Positions 1 through 10,697 of a DNA stretch of 64,000 nt are shown here, piece after piece. This DNA comes from an uncultured Acidobacteriota bacterium (GTDB taxonomy: Bacteria > Acidobacteriota > Terriglobia > UBA7540). The notes below the pieces were generated by a model. The model did no database searches. It saw only the letters and a program-made list of their open reading frames with translations, and was not told the origin of the DNA. The stretch's first letter is position 1, and each line of letters opens with the position of its first letter. The stretch covers positions 704,001 to 768,000 of the forward strand of contig CAWDSK010000005.1 of the NCBI GenBank assembly GCA_963804995.1, read 5' to 3'. A program made the position numbers and the translations under genes.

Positions 1-2
1 AC

Positions 3-1205
3 AACAAGCCCCGTGTAGCAGTCATATCACCGTTCCTTGATAAACGGCACGGGACTGAACGATGTGTGGCGGAGCAAGTGGAGTGGCTGTCGCAGAAGTA
101 CGAAATCCATCTTTACAGTGCCCAGGTTGAGGACATTGAACGCAACACGATCCGCTGGCACCGCATCCCTAATTTGCCAGGCCCTCATCTGCTGCGGTAC
201 TGCTGGTGGTTTCTTTCCAATCAACTGTTGCGGTGGTGGGATACCAACTTCCGGGGATTCCGATACGATTTGATTTACACGCCAGGCATAAATTGCTTCG
301 ATGCCGATGTCATATCAGTGCATGTTCTTTTTTCAGAGTTCTACTGCCAGGTCAAAGAGGATCTGAAGCTCCTGCGGAATCCCATCTCGAGTTGGGCCCG
401 GCTAATCCATCGTCGGCTTTACTATAGACTGATCATTTGGCTAGAGCAGCTTATTTACCCGAGGAAAAGGTCTCTGTTGACGGCGATTTCAAAAAGAACA
501 GCCGAAAACATGACTTGGTTTGGTAGATCCGAAATCCCCGTGATCTATTACGGGGTCAGCTCGAAACGCTTCAATCCCGAAACTCAGAAGCGCTTGCGCG
601 ATAAGAGCCGAGGCTCCTTGGGTCTTCCCCCCTCAGCCTTCTGCTTGCTCTTGGTTGGGAACGGTTGGAAGAACAAGGGCTTGGAAACCCTAATAAGAGC
701 GGTTGGGCTAACCGGGTCCGCGGAACTTCAGTTGCTCGTTGTCGGGCAAGATGACCCTCTTCCTTATCGGAGCGAGATCGTCCACACAGGCCTTGACATG
801 CGAGTGACTTTTTTCCCCTTGAGGCCTGATGTGGAATTCTACTACGCGGCGTCAGACGTTTACGTCAGCCCCTCCTTGGAAGATGCCTTCGGGTTGCCTC
901 CCTTGGAGGCCATGGCCTGCGGCCTTCCTGTGATTGTCAGTAGCCGCGCAGGCGTCAGCGAACTCGTAACGGACGGGGTGGATGGGTTGGTTTTGAAGGA
1001 TCCGAAGGATGTTGCGCTTCTCGCTAGGATGATATCGGATCTGTGGAGTAACCCCGTCTTACGAAACAAACTCGGAGAGAATGCTGCACGAACCGCCCAT
1101 CAGTACACGTGGGAACGAAATGCGGCTCAGTTGGACGTGCTCTTCGAACAGGTTCTCGAACGGCGACGGAATCTAAGTTTCGCAAAGACCCCTGTGAAGC
1201 AATGA
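3..1205 (+). CDS. GT4 family glycosyltransferase (5' end runs off the window)
   Basis: Frame open from base 3 (NKPRVAVISPFLDKRHGTER...); GT-B C-terminal motif EDAFGLPPLEAMACGLPVI. Confidence 0.9.
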   Translation, partial: NKPRVAVISPFLDKRHGTERCVAEQVEWLSQKYEIHLYSAQVEDIERNTIRWHRIPNLPGPHLLRYCWWFLSNQLLRWWDTNFRGFRYDLIYTPGINCFDADVISVHVLFSEFYCQVKEDLKLLRNPISSWARLIHRRLYYRLIIWLEQLIYPRKRSLLTAISKRTAENMTWFGRSEIPVIYYGVSSKRFNPETQKRLRDKSRGSLGLPPSAFCLLLVGNGWKNKGLETLIRAVGLTGSAELQLLVVGQDDPLPYRSEIVHTGLDMRVTFFPLRPDVEFYYAASDVYVSPSLEDAFGLPPLEAMACGLPVIVSSRAGVSELVTDGVDGLVLKDPKDVALLARMISDLWSNPVLRNKLGENAARTAHQYTWERNAAQLDVLFEQVLERRRNLSFAKTPVKQ

Positions 1206-2390
1206 AGGTCCTCCTACTCACTCCATCGCTTGAGAGGCCCGGTGGTATCCAGCGTTACACCGTAACCCTGGCACAAGCTCTTAAGGACTTGTTGGGTGAT
1301 CAATCCGTGCGTTGCGTGGGGCCAAAAGAAGACACGGCAGGGCCGGGAAGTGCGCGACTGTCGGGACGTTCTAAATGGCGTTTTGGTTGGCATGCCGCCC
1401 GAGAAGCAGCGCGTTGGCGACCGGACTTAATTATCTGCACCCATCTTGCCTTGGGGCCGGTCGGGTGGCTGGTAAGGATGCTCGCCGGCCCTCCTTACTG
1501 GATCATTGTGCACGGCGTTCGAGGCATGGATGGGGCTTCCCAGGTGGAAGCGTGGTGCTCTGCGTTGAGCCGACCGGGTGATAGTCACTAGCGCCTTCAG
1601 TCGTGGGCAAGTTGTGAAGCGGCACAAGATTGAGGACAAGCGTATATCGAGCCTCCCCTGCACTCTTGACGAGACACTGATAGGTGCCACGCCTGCGGAA
1701 GTGGTCACTTGCGCGCGACTCTCCGACGGGCGACGGTTGGTCTTGACCGTGGCACGAATGGCAGCGTGGGAGCGGTACAAGGGGCACGATGTGGTGCTTC
1801 GAGCCCTCCCATCAGTTGTGGCGAAGATACCAAATCTCACTTACGTGATCGTCGGCGACGGGGACGATCGACCTCGACTGGAAATGCTGGCGCAGGAGTT
1901 GGGACTTATCCAGTACGTCTTTTTTACAGGCGAGGTGACGGAGTCCGAGTTGGCAGCGTTCTACCATCGGAGTGAAGTTTTTGTACTACCTGCCAGGACG
2001 GTCATAGACGAACATGACCCTAAGGGTGAAGGCTTCGGAATTGTCTTTCTTGAAGCTATGGCATTTGGGAAGCCGGTTATCGGGCCAAATTACGGGGCCC
2101 CTGCGGAGTTGATTCGACAGGGAGAGTTCGGAATCCTGGTGGACCCCGAGGATCCGGCTGCAGTTGCCAGCGCGCTCATCCACTTGCTCAATGCGCCCGA
2201 ACAAGCGAAGAGTATGGGAGAGTCAGCAAGGCGATGGGTGAGGCAGGAGTACTCGTTTGAATCCCTCTGTCGGCGGTTGGGAGGTCTACTCGTCGACTCG
2301 GGTTTCGTTAATTGTACCCTGCCGGACCAGGGCGCGGCTCTCGAATCAACTTGGGTGGGTCGTAGCAGTTCGCCTGGAGGTCATCCTTGA
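1202..2390 (+). pseudogene. GT4 glycosyltransferase, disrupted by a +1 frameshift (~1519) and an in-frame TGA (1566-1568)
   Basis: N-part MKVLLLTPSLERPGGIQRY...HGV continues in the next frame as EAWMGLPRWKRGALR*ADRVIVTSAF; C-part has YKGHD and EGFGIVFLEAMAFGKPV. Confidence 0.75.
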
Positions 2391-3325
2391 GGGATGTGAG
2401 GGCCTTGCAGAAGGCGGCCTTCCTTCAGCTTCACAAGCTGGGCATTCGTTTTGGTATCCACGTTCTCCCGGTCCACTACTACTCGCCCGTAGCAAACATC
2501 CTCGATCTTGAACGGACTAAGCCGGCTTGGGCAAGGAAGTCGGAATTGCCGGGATTAGCCATAAACCTGGATGAACAGGTAAACAACCTGCGAACCATTT
2601 GTCTGCCCTTTCAGAAGGAGTATCTGGGCAACAAGATCTATCACGAGGGCGCAAGGAACCACCGCAAAGCTTTTGGATACATCGAGGCGGAGGCCCTGCA
2701 TGCGGTGATCCGGCATTATCGGCCGCGACGCGTAATCGAAGTAGGGGGAGGGCTCTCGACTTATTGCATGCTCACCGCACTGAAAATGAATCAAGAAGAA
2801 GGAGCCGGAAGCTGGTCAATGGTATCCGTTGAGCCTTATCCCTCTCAAAGCTTAAGAGCGCTGGAGGGAATCAAGCTCATCACCGAGCATATCCAGAGAG
2901 TCCCTCTAGAGCTATTCGCCGACTTAGGCGAGAATGACTTCCTGTTCATTGACTCCTCGCATGCGATGAAACCTGGCAGTGACGTCAATCATTTGATACT
3001 GGAAGTGCTGCCTCGCTTGCGAAGTGGTGTGCTGGTTCACTTCCACGACATCCATCTTCCTTATGATTACCCGCGCGATGTGCTTGAGAATTTCCTGCAT
3101 TTCAATGAAACGTCGCTTCTGCGCGCCTTTCTTATCTTTAACAATCGGGTCAAAATTATCTTCTGTATGAGTCAGCTACACTACGAAAGGCGAGACGCTC
3201 TACAAGAAATCTTTCCGGACTACCGCCCTCAAGCCGATGTGAATGGCTTACGGAATGGGGGGCACAAACCTTTTGCGTCGATAAGTGAGCACTTCCCATC
3301 CTCCCTTTACTTCCAAGTACATTAA
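2387..3325 (+). CDS. Class I SAM-dependent methyltransferase (Methyltransf_24-like)
   Basis: VIEVGGGLST motif I, LFIDSSH and VHFHDI motifs. Confidence 0.8.
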   Translation: MRDVRALQKAAFLQLHKLGIRFGIHVLPVHYYSPVANILDLERTKPAWARKSELPGLAINLDEQVNNLRTICLPFQKEYLGNKIYHEGARNHRKAFGYIEAEALHAVIRHYRPRRVIEVGGGLSTYCMLTALKMNQEEGAGSWSMVSVEPYPSQSLRALEGIKLITEHIQRVPLELFADLGENDFLFIDSSHAMKPGSDVNHLILEVLPRLRSGVLVHFHDIHLPYDYPRDVLENFLHFNETSLLRAFLIFNNRVKIIFCMSQLHYERRDALQEIFPDYRPQADVNGLRNGGHKPFASISEHFPSSLYFQVH

Positions 3326-3358
3326 ACAGCACGGGTCCAGCCCTTCGGGAGGCGGCTT

Positions 3359-4603
3359 GTGCGAATCCTTAAGGTGACACAAGCATATTATCCCTTCCAG
3401 GAACGGGGAGGACCCGCCGTCAAGGTCCGGTCAATTGCCCGAGCGCTGAGAGGGCTGGGAAATGAGGTTACGGTCCTGACTGCGGACTTGGGTTTCGGAC
3501 CCCGAGAGATCGCGGCTGCCAAGGTGGTTGATGATCCGCAGGGCTGGCGGACCGATCTGGACCGAGTGGAAGTAATTTATCTCAGAACCCGCCTCCATTA
3601 TCGAAATCTGACCGTGAATCCAGGTGTTCTGGGGTTTTGCCGGCGCCGCCTCAAAGAGTTTGAAATTGTCCACATATATGGCCTTTACGACACCTTAGGC
3701 CCCACTGTCGCGCGGTATTGCCGAAAGTTCAGGGTCCCGTATTTTGTGGAACCGCTCGGGATGACGAGGCCAATTGACCGGGGATTTCTGCTCAAAAAGA
3801 TTTGGAGAAAATTGGCAGGGAACTATTTAGGGCGGGCCAGCAAATGGATTGCGACCTCGGAACTGGAAAGGAAGGATTTGCTAGCCGAAGGCATTCCCTC
3901 TGAAAAAGTACTGGTTCGGTTCAATGGAATCGACCGAGAGGATTTCGAGAAGCTCCCTCCGTATGGCGCCTTCCGGAAGAGGCTGGGGATTCCTGACGAC
4001 GAGCGCCTGATCCTTTTCTTGGGCCGTGTGATCCCACGCAAGGGCGCCGATCTTCTCATTGAAGCGCTGCCTCAAATCGGCTGCGGAAAGCTCAAGCTCG
4101 TTATCGCCGGTCCTGAAGGTGAGAACGGGTATTTGGCCTTCCTGCGTGACAAAGCTCGAGCGAAGGGAGTCGGCCAACGAGTTCTGTTCCCGGGGCCTCT
4201 TTATGACGATTTGCAGAAGGAGGCATACGTAGACGCGACGGTGTTTGCGTTGCCGTCGCGATACGAGAACTTTGGCAACACGGCGGCGGAAGCCATCGCT
4301 TGTGGCACTCCCGTGATTGTTTCGGATCGCTGCGGCATAGCTCCCCTCGTTGATCAGCGCGCAGGTCTCGTGACTTCTTATGATTCAAAGGCAGTCGCCC
4401 AAGCTTTGAAGCAGTTGTTAAACAACCCGACCCTTTACCAACGCCTAAAAGCGGGATGCGCACAAGTGGCGGAGGAGATTTCTTGGGAAGGCCTGGTTTG
4501 GGGAATGCAAGATTCATACGAACATGCAAGGGACGATTTTTCCAAACGACGTTCGCTCGTTTCTGCTCCGCAAGCGGACGAGATCAGATCACGCCGAATC
4601 TAA
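3359..4603 (+). CDS. GT4 family glycosyltransferase
   Basis: MRILKV...GGP start, FLGRVIPRKG, ENFGNTAAEAIACGTPV. Confidence 0.9.
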   Translation: MRILKVTQAYYPFQERGGPAVKVRSIARALRGLGNEVTVLTADLGFGPREIAAAKVVDDPQGWRTDLDRVEVIYLRTRLHYRNLTVNPGVLGFCRRRLKEFEIVHIYGLYDTLGPTVARYCRKFRVPYFVEPLGMTRPIDRGFLLKKIWRKLAGNYLGRASKWIATSELERKDLLAEGIPSEKVLVRFNGIDREDFEKLPPYGAFRKRLGIPDDERLILFLGRVIPRKGADLLIEALPQIGCGKLKLVIAGPEGENGYLAFLRDKARAKGVGQRVLFPGPLYDDLQKEAYVDATVFALPSRYENFGNTAAEAIACGTPVIVSDRCGIAPLVDQRAGLVTSYDSKAVAQALKQLLNNPTLYQRLKAGCAQVAEEISWEGLVWGMQDSYEHARDDFSKRRSLVSAPQADEIRSRRI

Positions 4604-4621
4604 TACCGCTCTGAAAGAAGG

Positions 4622-5515
4622 ATGACTACGGAAGCCTTGCTTTTAACTCAACTACAGGAAAAGGGCTCACCTGCGAACTCTCATAGATTGTTTGCCCTGG
4701 GCCAGTTTGCCACCCGGACCTTTTTGATTGCTACCCTTGCTTTATTAGTCTACGGGCTGGCCTGGAACACTTCCACGCGGAGGTACCTGAAAGGGTTCTC
4801 CGACGCCATCCTTCCTCTGGAGGGGTCGGAGCAAGAGAAGACCGAAGCCCTGTTGCGGTGGTTTCGCCACGAGCCTCAGCGGCTTGGAACCCCCGTCTCC
4901 GACTCTGCCTACAACCGTGACCCGGTGATCATTGTCAAAAATACCCGCTTGCTTAAGATCTGCGGGTCAGCGACGAACGCCTTCATTAACTTGGGCGATG
5001 CCGCTGGCCTGAAGACACGGCGTCTGTTGCTGGTCGACAAATTCGGGAATTCGATGCACGTAGTCGCGGAAGTGCAATGGGATGACCGCTGGGTGGTAGT
5101 CGATCCTCAGCAGGGACGCGTGTTCGTGGATCACTTGGGCCGCGGCCTGAGCAAGGAGGAGTTGCGTGATCCCGCGGTGTTCCGCGAGGCCGTCAGCGCT
5201 ATGCCTGGTTACAATCCCGAGTACAGTTTTCAGCACACCATACACATCCGTTTGAGAAGACTTCCCTTTGGACGCCTCTTGCGCATCAGCCTGGACCGTT
5301 TTTCCCCGGGGTGGGAGGAAGCAGCCGACTGGGGTTACATCCCAGAGAATCCCTCGCTCTGGCCGATCCTCGCCTCCATACCTCTGTTTTTCTTGGGCAT
5401 CCTTGCTCATTTATCTTTTCGTCGGTACGGCCGCAACAAACTAGGCATCGAGGCGCGAGGTCTTCGGCAGCGGCTGATACAGGCCGGGCGCGCCTTCCTT
5501 TATCGATCGGCATAA
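4622..5515 (+). CDS. Membrane-anchored transglutaminase-like domain protein
   Basis: N- and C-terminal hydrophobic helices; candidate Cys-His-Asp triad in KICGSATNAF / HVVAEV / WVVVDP. Confidence 0.7.
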   Translation: MTTEALLLTQLQEKGSPANSHRLFALGQFATRTFLIATLALLVYGLAWNTSTRRYLKGFSDAILPLEGSEQEKTEALLRWFRHEPQRLGTPVSDSAYNRDPVIIVKNTRLLKICGSATNAFINLGDAAGLKTRRLLLVDKFGNSMHVVAEVQWDDRWVVVDPQQGRVFVDHLGRGLSKEELRDPAVFREAVSAMPGYNPEYSFQHTIHIRLRRLPFGRLLRISLDRFSPGWEEAADWGYIPENPSLWPILASIPLFFLGILAHLSFRRYGRNKLGIEARGLRQRLIQAGRAFLYRSA

Positions 5516-5529
5516 AACTGGCATAACAA

Positions 5530-7452
5530 ATGTGTGGAATATGTGGGGTAGTAGGCGTCACGGATCCTGAGCCGACGCTAAGTGTTGTGCGGCGGATGAT
5601 GGGGGAGATGTGTCACCGCGGCCCGGATGATGAGGGCATGTTCGTGGATGACTCCGTCACCCTGGGGATGCGCCGGCTCAGCATTATCGATCTCAACGGT
5701 GGACACCAGCCGGTGTTCAATGGCGACCGAACTGTCGTCGTCGTGTTCAATGGAGAGATTTACAACTTCCAGGAACTCCGGCGCACCCTCGAATCCCGTG
5801 GCTACCCCTTCCGGACAGGGAGCGACACAGAGGTTATCGTCTACGCCTACGAGGAATGGGGAGAGGATTGTGTGGATCACTTCGAGGGCATGTTCGCATT
5901 CGCCCTCGCGGAGACATCGAAGTCCACTCGCCGTGGCAATCCCCGGGTCCTGATGGCGCGCGATCGCCTGGGCATCAAGCCTCTCTACTACGCCCTCGTC
6001 GATGGCAACCTGATATTTGCTTCAGAAGTCCGCTCTCTCCTGGCTTCGGGTCAAGTTGAACCGCGGCTATCGCAGACGGCATTGCGCAGTTATCTCCTGT
6101 TTGGTTCGGTCGTGGAGCCCATGACGCTGGTCGAGGGCATCTATTCCCTGCCACCTGGGCATCGGATTATCATTTCGGCGGCTGGGCGCCACACCTCGGT
6201 TCGCCCCGAGCCCTATTGGGACTTCGCGGAGTCTGCTCGCCCCACTCTTGACACCAAGAAGCGAGAGCGTTGCTCCGCGACGGCGTTCCTGCGTTCGCTC
6301 CTGGAAGAAACGGTCGAGTCCCATTTGACCGCCGATGTGCCCCTGGGAGTTTTCCTGAGCAGTGGCATCGATTCCACCGCCCTCGTCGCCCTCGCGACCC
6401 AGAAGAAAGCTGCCGTGAACACCGTAACCGTGGTCTTCCCGGAGCAGGAGTTTAGTGAGGCGGAAGTCGCTCGTCGCACCGCGCAGCGATTTGGAACGAA
6501 TCACCAGGAACTCACTTTGAGCGGCGACGACATGTTAACGCGCCTGACCGAAGCAGTGGGTGCTCTCGACCAGCCCAGCATGGATGGCATCAACACATAC
6601 TTTGTTTCCTGGGCGGCACGGCAAGCAGGCCTGAAAGTAGCCCTCTCGGGACTGGGTGGTGACGAGATTTTCGGAGGGTACAGCACCTTCCGCTCGACCC
6701 CGGATGCACAGTCCGTGGCGACTCTGGCGCAAACCGTCCCGGGGGGCCTCCGCTCCAGCCTGGCCTCCGCGGCGGAGGGAATCTTGGGGCATTTCCATAG
6801 AAAAGATTCTCACCGCAAGATGGCCGCACTGTGGCGAGACCCCAATTTTCTGCCGCACCCTTATTTCTACACCCGGCTCCTGTTTACCCCGGACCAGGTG
6901 TTGGGATTGTTGAAGGGTAATGACCTTGACTCGCCGGAACCATGGAAAGATTGGCTGGAGCAAACGGCGCGGGAATCGAAACAGCTTGATGATTTCACCG
7001 CCGTGTCTTGTCTGGAATCACGATCTTATATGGTCGACACCCTCCTCCGAGACACGGATGCCATGAGTATGGCTCACTCACTTGAGGTGCGGGTGCCGTT
7101 TCTTGACCATGCCCTGGTTGAGTTCGTAACTCGACTTCCGGGATCGATCAAGCAGACCGCCGGTGTATCCAAGTCGTTGCTGGTTGACGCCGTCGCTGAT
7201 CTGTTACCCGGGGAGGTTGTCTCGCAGCGGAAACGAACTTTCACTCTGCCGTGGGAGCACTGGCTTCGGGGCGCCCTGAGGAAGCAAGTGGAAACGGAGT
7301 TGAAGACCCTGGCGCCCGCGCTCGAGGAATGTCTCAGCGTTCGTGCTGTCGGGCGAGTCTGGTCAGATTTCCTACGCGGGCGCACGTCCTGGTCGCGCGT
7401 CTGGAGCCTTTTTGTTTTGAACCGTTGGGCTCAGCAACACCTGGGCTGCTGA
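5530..7452 (+). CDS. asnB: Asparagine synthase (glutamine-hydrolysing) family amidotransferase
   Basis: MCGICG start, RGPD, RLSIID, FNGEIYN, LSSGIDS, SGLGGDE, EVRVPFLD. Confidence 0.93.
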   Translation: MCGICGVVGVTDPEPTLSVVRRMMGEMCHRGPDDEGMFVDDSVTLGMRRLSIIDLNGGHQPVFNGDRTVVVVFNGEIYNFQELRRTLESRGYPFRTGSDTEVIVYAYEEWGEDCVDHFEGMFAFALAETSKSTRRGNPRVLMARDRLGIKPLYYALVDGNLIFASEVRSLLASGQVEPRLSQTALRSYLLFGSVVEPMTLVEGIYSLPPGHRIIISAAGRHTSVRPEPYWDFAESARPTLDTKKRERCSATAFLRSLLEETVESHLTADVPLGVFLSSGIDSTALVALATQKKAAVNTVTVVFPEQEFSEAEVARRTAQRFGTNHQELTLSGDDMLTRLTEAVGALDQPSMDGINTYFVSWAARQAGLKVALSGLGGDEIFGGYSTFRSTPDAQSVATLAQTVPGGLRSSLASAAEGILGHFHRKDSHRKMAALWRDPNFLPHPYFYTRLLFTPDQVLGLLKGNDLDSPEPWKDWLEQTARESKQLDDFTAVSCLESRSYMVDTLLRDTDAMSMAHSLEVRVPFLDHALVEFVTRLPGSIKQTAGVSKSLLVDAVADLLPGEVVSQRKRTFTLPWEHWLRGALRKQVETELKTLAPALEECLSVRAVGRVWSDFLRGRTSWSRVWSLFVLNRWAQQHLGC

Positions 7453-7500
7453 CTTGGCGGTTCTCGCCTGAACGCGGGCAAGACCCTTACGGACCCATCC

Positions 7501-9294
7501 ATGAACATTCTGGGAATTAACGCTTATCACGCCAACGCCTCTGCGGCGCTCTTGTGTGACGGGCGGCTGGTGACGGCGGTGGAGGAAGAACGCTTCAACC
7601 GCGTGAAATACGCGGCGGGCTTTCCAGCAACCGCGGTCCGGCACTGCCTTTCTGAAGCCGGACTGACCATCAAGGACATTGATCACATCGCGATTCCGCG
7701 TAACCCCTGGGCCCGGATTGCGACGAAGCTCTTCTACGCCGTCCGCATGCCGCGTTTTACTCTTGACCGCTACCGGGCCATGACCCACTTCCGTGGGATT
7801 CGAGAGGACCTTGCCGCGGCGTGTGAGGTTGACCCGCAGGCCATTCGCGCCCAGCATCATCGCGTTGAACACCACGTCGCGCACTTGGCCAGCGCCTTCT
7901 TCGTCTCACCCTTCGATCGGGCGGCCGTGCTTTCTACTGACGGATTGGGCGACTTCGCGAGCACCATGTGGGCAACGGGAGAAGGCAACCGCCTCAACGT
8001 CCACGGAGCGGTGGCGTTTCCCCATTCCCTGGGACTTTATTACACCGCACTCAGCCAGTACCTGGGATTCTGGAGATTCGGTGACGAATACAAGGTGATG
8101 GGATTGGCCGCGTACGGCGAACCGAGCCAGGTTGAGGAACTCCGTCGCATTGTCACGGCCGGCAACGGCAAAGGGTTTGCGCTTGGCCTCAAATATTTCT
8201 GCCACCACCGGACGGGGCCGGAGATGACCTGGCAGGAAGACGGCAAGACTCCCGTTCTGGGTCAGCTTTTTTCCCCTTACCTCGAGGAGCGCCTGGGAAA
8301 GACGCGCACTGCCGCCGAGCCGGTCGGCAAAAACCACAAAGACCTTGCTGCCTCGATGCAAGCGGTCCTGGAAGAAGCGTATTTTCGATTATTGAACCAC
8401 TTGCACCCCATATCCGGTCTAAGCCAGGTGTGTCTGGCAGGGGGTGTGGCTTTCAACTGTGTGGCGAATGGCAAGATTTTCGATAACACGCCGTTTTCAG
8501 AAGTTTACGTCCAGCCCGCCGCCGGTGATGCCGGACTGTCCGTGGGCGCAGCCTACTACGTCTATCATCAAATCCTCGGGCAGCCGCGCAGCTTCGTCAT
8601 GGAGCATGCGTATTGGGGACCGCAGTTTACCCCGGAGGCTATCGGACAGGCTTTGCGAGACAGCCAAGCCAAGGGTTCGAGTCTCCCTGTGCGCAGATTC
8701 TCCGACGAGGAGTTGGTGCACATCACAGCCAAACACCTCGCCGATGGCAAAATTGTGGGATGGTTTCAGGGGAGGGCAGAGTGGGGCCCGCGCGCGCTGG
8801 GAAACAGAAGCATTCTGGTTGATCCACGTCGCGCCGAAATGAAGGACATCCTCAATCAGAGGATCAAACACCGGGAACCCTTTCGCCCTTTCGCTCCTTC
8901 CATTCTGGAAGAGTCCACTGCACAATTCTTCGAGCGCTCACACCCCTCGCCTTTTATGAACCTTGCCTATTCTGTGCGCCCTGACAAGCGCGCCACGATT
9001 CCTGCTCCTACGCACGTGGATGGAACTGGCCGTCTCCAGACCGTGAGCCGCCGGACCAATCCTCTTTATTGGTCGCTGATCAAGGAATTCGAAAACCTCA
9101 CCGGCGTACCCGTCCTGCTCAACACTTCCTTCAATGAAAATGAGCCAATAGTCTTGAAGCCGCAAGAGGCCATCGACTGCTTCCTCCGAACCCGGATGGA
9201 TGTTTTAGTGCTGGGGAATTACGTGGTTGAAAAACCGCCGCAACCCCCCGCGCCCGAGGACCGTGCCGCAGCAGAGAAGATCGTGAAGGCTTGA
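7501..9294 (+). CDS. Carbamoyltransferase (NodU/CmcH family)
   Basis: EEERFNR, EHHVAH, EYKVMGLAAYG, GGVAFN, GPRALGNRS, LNTSFN. Confidence 0.93.
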   Translation: MNILGINAYHANASAALLCDGRLVTAVEEERFNRVKYAAGFPATAVRHCLSEAGLTIKDIDHIAIPRNPWARIATKLFYAVRMPRFTLDRYRAMTHFRGIREDLAAACEVDPQAIRAQHHRVEHHVAHLASAFFVSPFDRAAVLSTDGLGDFASTMWATGEGNRLNVHGAVAFPHSLGLYYTALSQYLGFWRFGDEYKVMGLAAYGEPSQVEELRRIVTAGNGKGFALGLKYFCHHRTGPEMTWQEDGKTPVLGQLFSPYLEERLGKTRTAAEPVGKNHKDLAASMQAVLEEAYFRLLNHLHPISGLSQVCLAGGVAFNCVANGKIFDNTPFSEVYVQPAAGDAGLSVGAAYYVYHQILGQPRSFVMEHAYWGPQFTPEAIGQALRDSQAKGSSLPVRRFSDEELVHITAKHLADGKIVGWFQGRAEWGPRALGNRSILVDPRRAEMKDILNQRIKHREPFRPFAPSILEESTAQFFERSHPSPFMNLAYSVRPDKRATIPAPTHVDGTGRLQTVSRRTNPLYWSLIKEFENLTGVPVLLNTSFNENEPIVLKPQEAIDCFLRTRMDVLVLGNYVVEKPPQPPAPEDRAAAEKIVKA

Positions 9295-9342
9295 TATCTC
9301 GCGTCGCGATATGCCGATCCGGTACCACACATTGATTAACAA

Positions 9343-9410
9343 CCCTCTCCGAGGGGAAGGGTGGACCGCAGCCCACGTTTTCATCGGCCGGGGCGGGACG
9401 GGTGAAGGGG
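9343..9410. repeat. REP-like element (CCCTCTCC...GGTGAGGGG family)
   Basis: Similar to sequences at ~16265-16315, 16708-16838 and 56967-57147. Confidence 0.65.
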
Positions 9411-9503
9411 TTACTCGCGGGTTCGGGGCGTTTGAAGATTCCAGGAATTCAAAACCGATTAGCCCCGGCAAACCCGTGACGCGAATTCCGCGCTAACAAC
9501 TAG

Positions 9504-10697
9504 ATGCGCATCCTTCTGCTAAACGAATATTTCCCCCCGGACACGGCGGCGACTGCCCACATGGCAGCGGCCGTGGTGGATGCGCTGGCCGAACGTCATC
9601 AAGTAACCGTGCTCTGTGGGCGGCCCTCTTACGATCCGTCCGAGAGGCACCCGTTTTACCTCTTTCGGCGTGACCAGCGGGGCGCGGCAGTGGTGGAGCG
9701 CGTGGGCTCAACCACCTTCCCACGCTTTCGCATGCTGCATCGAGTTTGGAATTATCTCACCTACGTGGTTCTCTCGGTTCCACGCGCCCTGATGGTACGG
9801 ACAGACTTGATCATGGCCATGACCGATCCTCCCTTTGAAGGGATCGTCGGTGCCTTCGTGGCCTGGCTCAAACGCAAGCCGTTCGTCTACAACATTCGCG
9901 ACCTTTATCCGGAGATGGCGCTCGCGGGCAACATCGTTCGCCCCTCCTGGTGGGTGGGGACCTGGGAGCGGCTTCACCGCTGGGCGCTCCGGCGGGCGAG
10001 GCGCGTGATCGTGCTGGGAGAAGACACTCGCGAACGCATCATTGCCAAAGGCATCGATCCTGCGCGCGTGGTCGTGGTCCGGGATGGGGCGCCCGCCACG
10101 CCGCCGGTAACGGGTCAAGACCATCCTATCGTCCAGGAGATTCGTGACGGCTTTTCTTTTGTAGTTCTGCATGCCGGCAACCTGGGCTTTTACGGAGCTT
10201 GGGAAACGGTTATCGAGGCTGCCGAAATGCTCGATCACCAAGGTGTCGGGTTCGTGTTCGTGGGCGAGGGGGCTTTACGTGCCCAAGTGGAAGCTGCAGC
10301 CCATGGGGTCGAGGGGATCAGGTTTCAGCCCTTCCGCCCTGCCGATCAAATTCCTTACGTCTTGGCTGCTGGAGACTTGCACCTGGTGACGGTCAAACGC
10401 GGGCTGGAAGGTGTCGTGGTTCCCAGCAAGCTTTATGCAATCCTGGCGGCGGGCCGTCCGGTATTAGCCCTGGCTCCCGAGGAAACTGACGCAGCCCGGG
10501 TGGTGCGCCGGATGGGTTGCGGAGTGGTTGTCGACCCGGACGATCCCGCTGCCACCGCCCGAATTATCCACGAACTTGCGCACGACCGTGAGCGCGTGGC
10601 CCGCATGGGTGAACGCGCCCTTGCGGCGTCGAAGAACTTCGGGAGAGAAGAAGAACTTCAACTCTTCCGACGGGTTATTGAGGAGGTGCCATGCTAG
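9504..10697 (+). CDS. GT4 glycosyltransferase (WbuB/WcaI-like)
   Basis: EYFPPD, RDLYPE, HAGNLG, VPSKLYAILAAGRPV. Confidence 0.88.
   Translation: MRILLLNEYFPPDTAATAHMAAAVVDALAERHQVTVLCGRPSYDPSERHPFYLFRRDQRGAAVVERVGSTTFPRFRMLHRVWNYLTYVVLSVPRALMVRTDLIMAMTDPPFEGIVGAFVAWLKRKPFVYNIRDLYPEMALAGNIVRPSWWVGTWERLHRWALRRARRVIVLGEDTRERIIAKGIDPARVVVVRDGAPATPPVTGQDHPIVQEIRDGFSFVVLHAGNLGFYGAWETVIEAAEMLDHQGVGFVFVGEGALRAQVEAAAHGVEGIRFQPFRPADQIPYVLAAGDLHLVTVKRGLEGVVVPSKLYAILAAGRPVLALAPEETDAARVVRRMGCGVVVDPDDPAATARIIHELAHDRERVARMGERALAASKNFGREEELQLFRRVIEEVPC

Noticed and set aside
1566..1568. Selenocysteine recoding of the TGA in the GT4 gene
   Set aside because: Not a catalytic Cys position, no evident SECIS, and the gene has a second lesion.
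4622..7452. Lasso peptide B2/C pair (transglutaminase-like plus AsnB)
   Set aside because: AsnB keeps the N-terminal Cys glutaminase domain and sits among glycosyltransferases; no adjacent lasso precursor.
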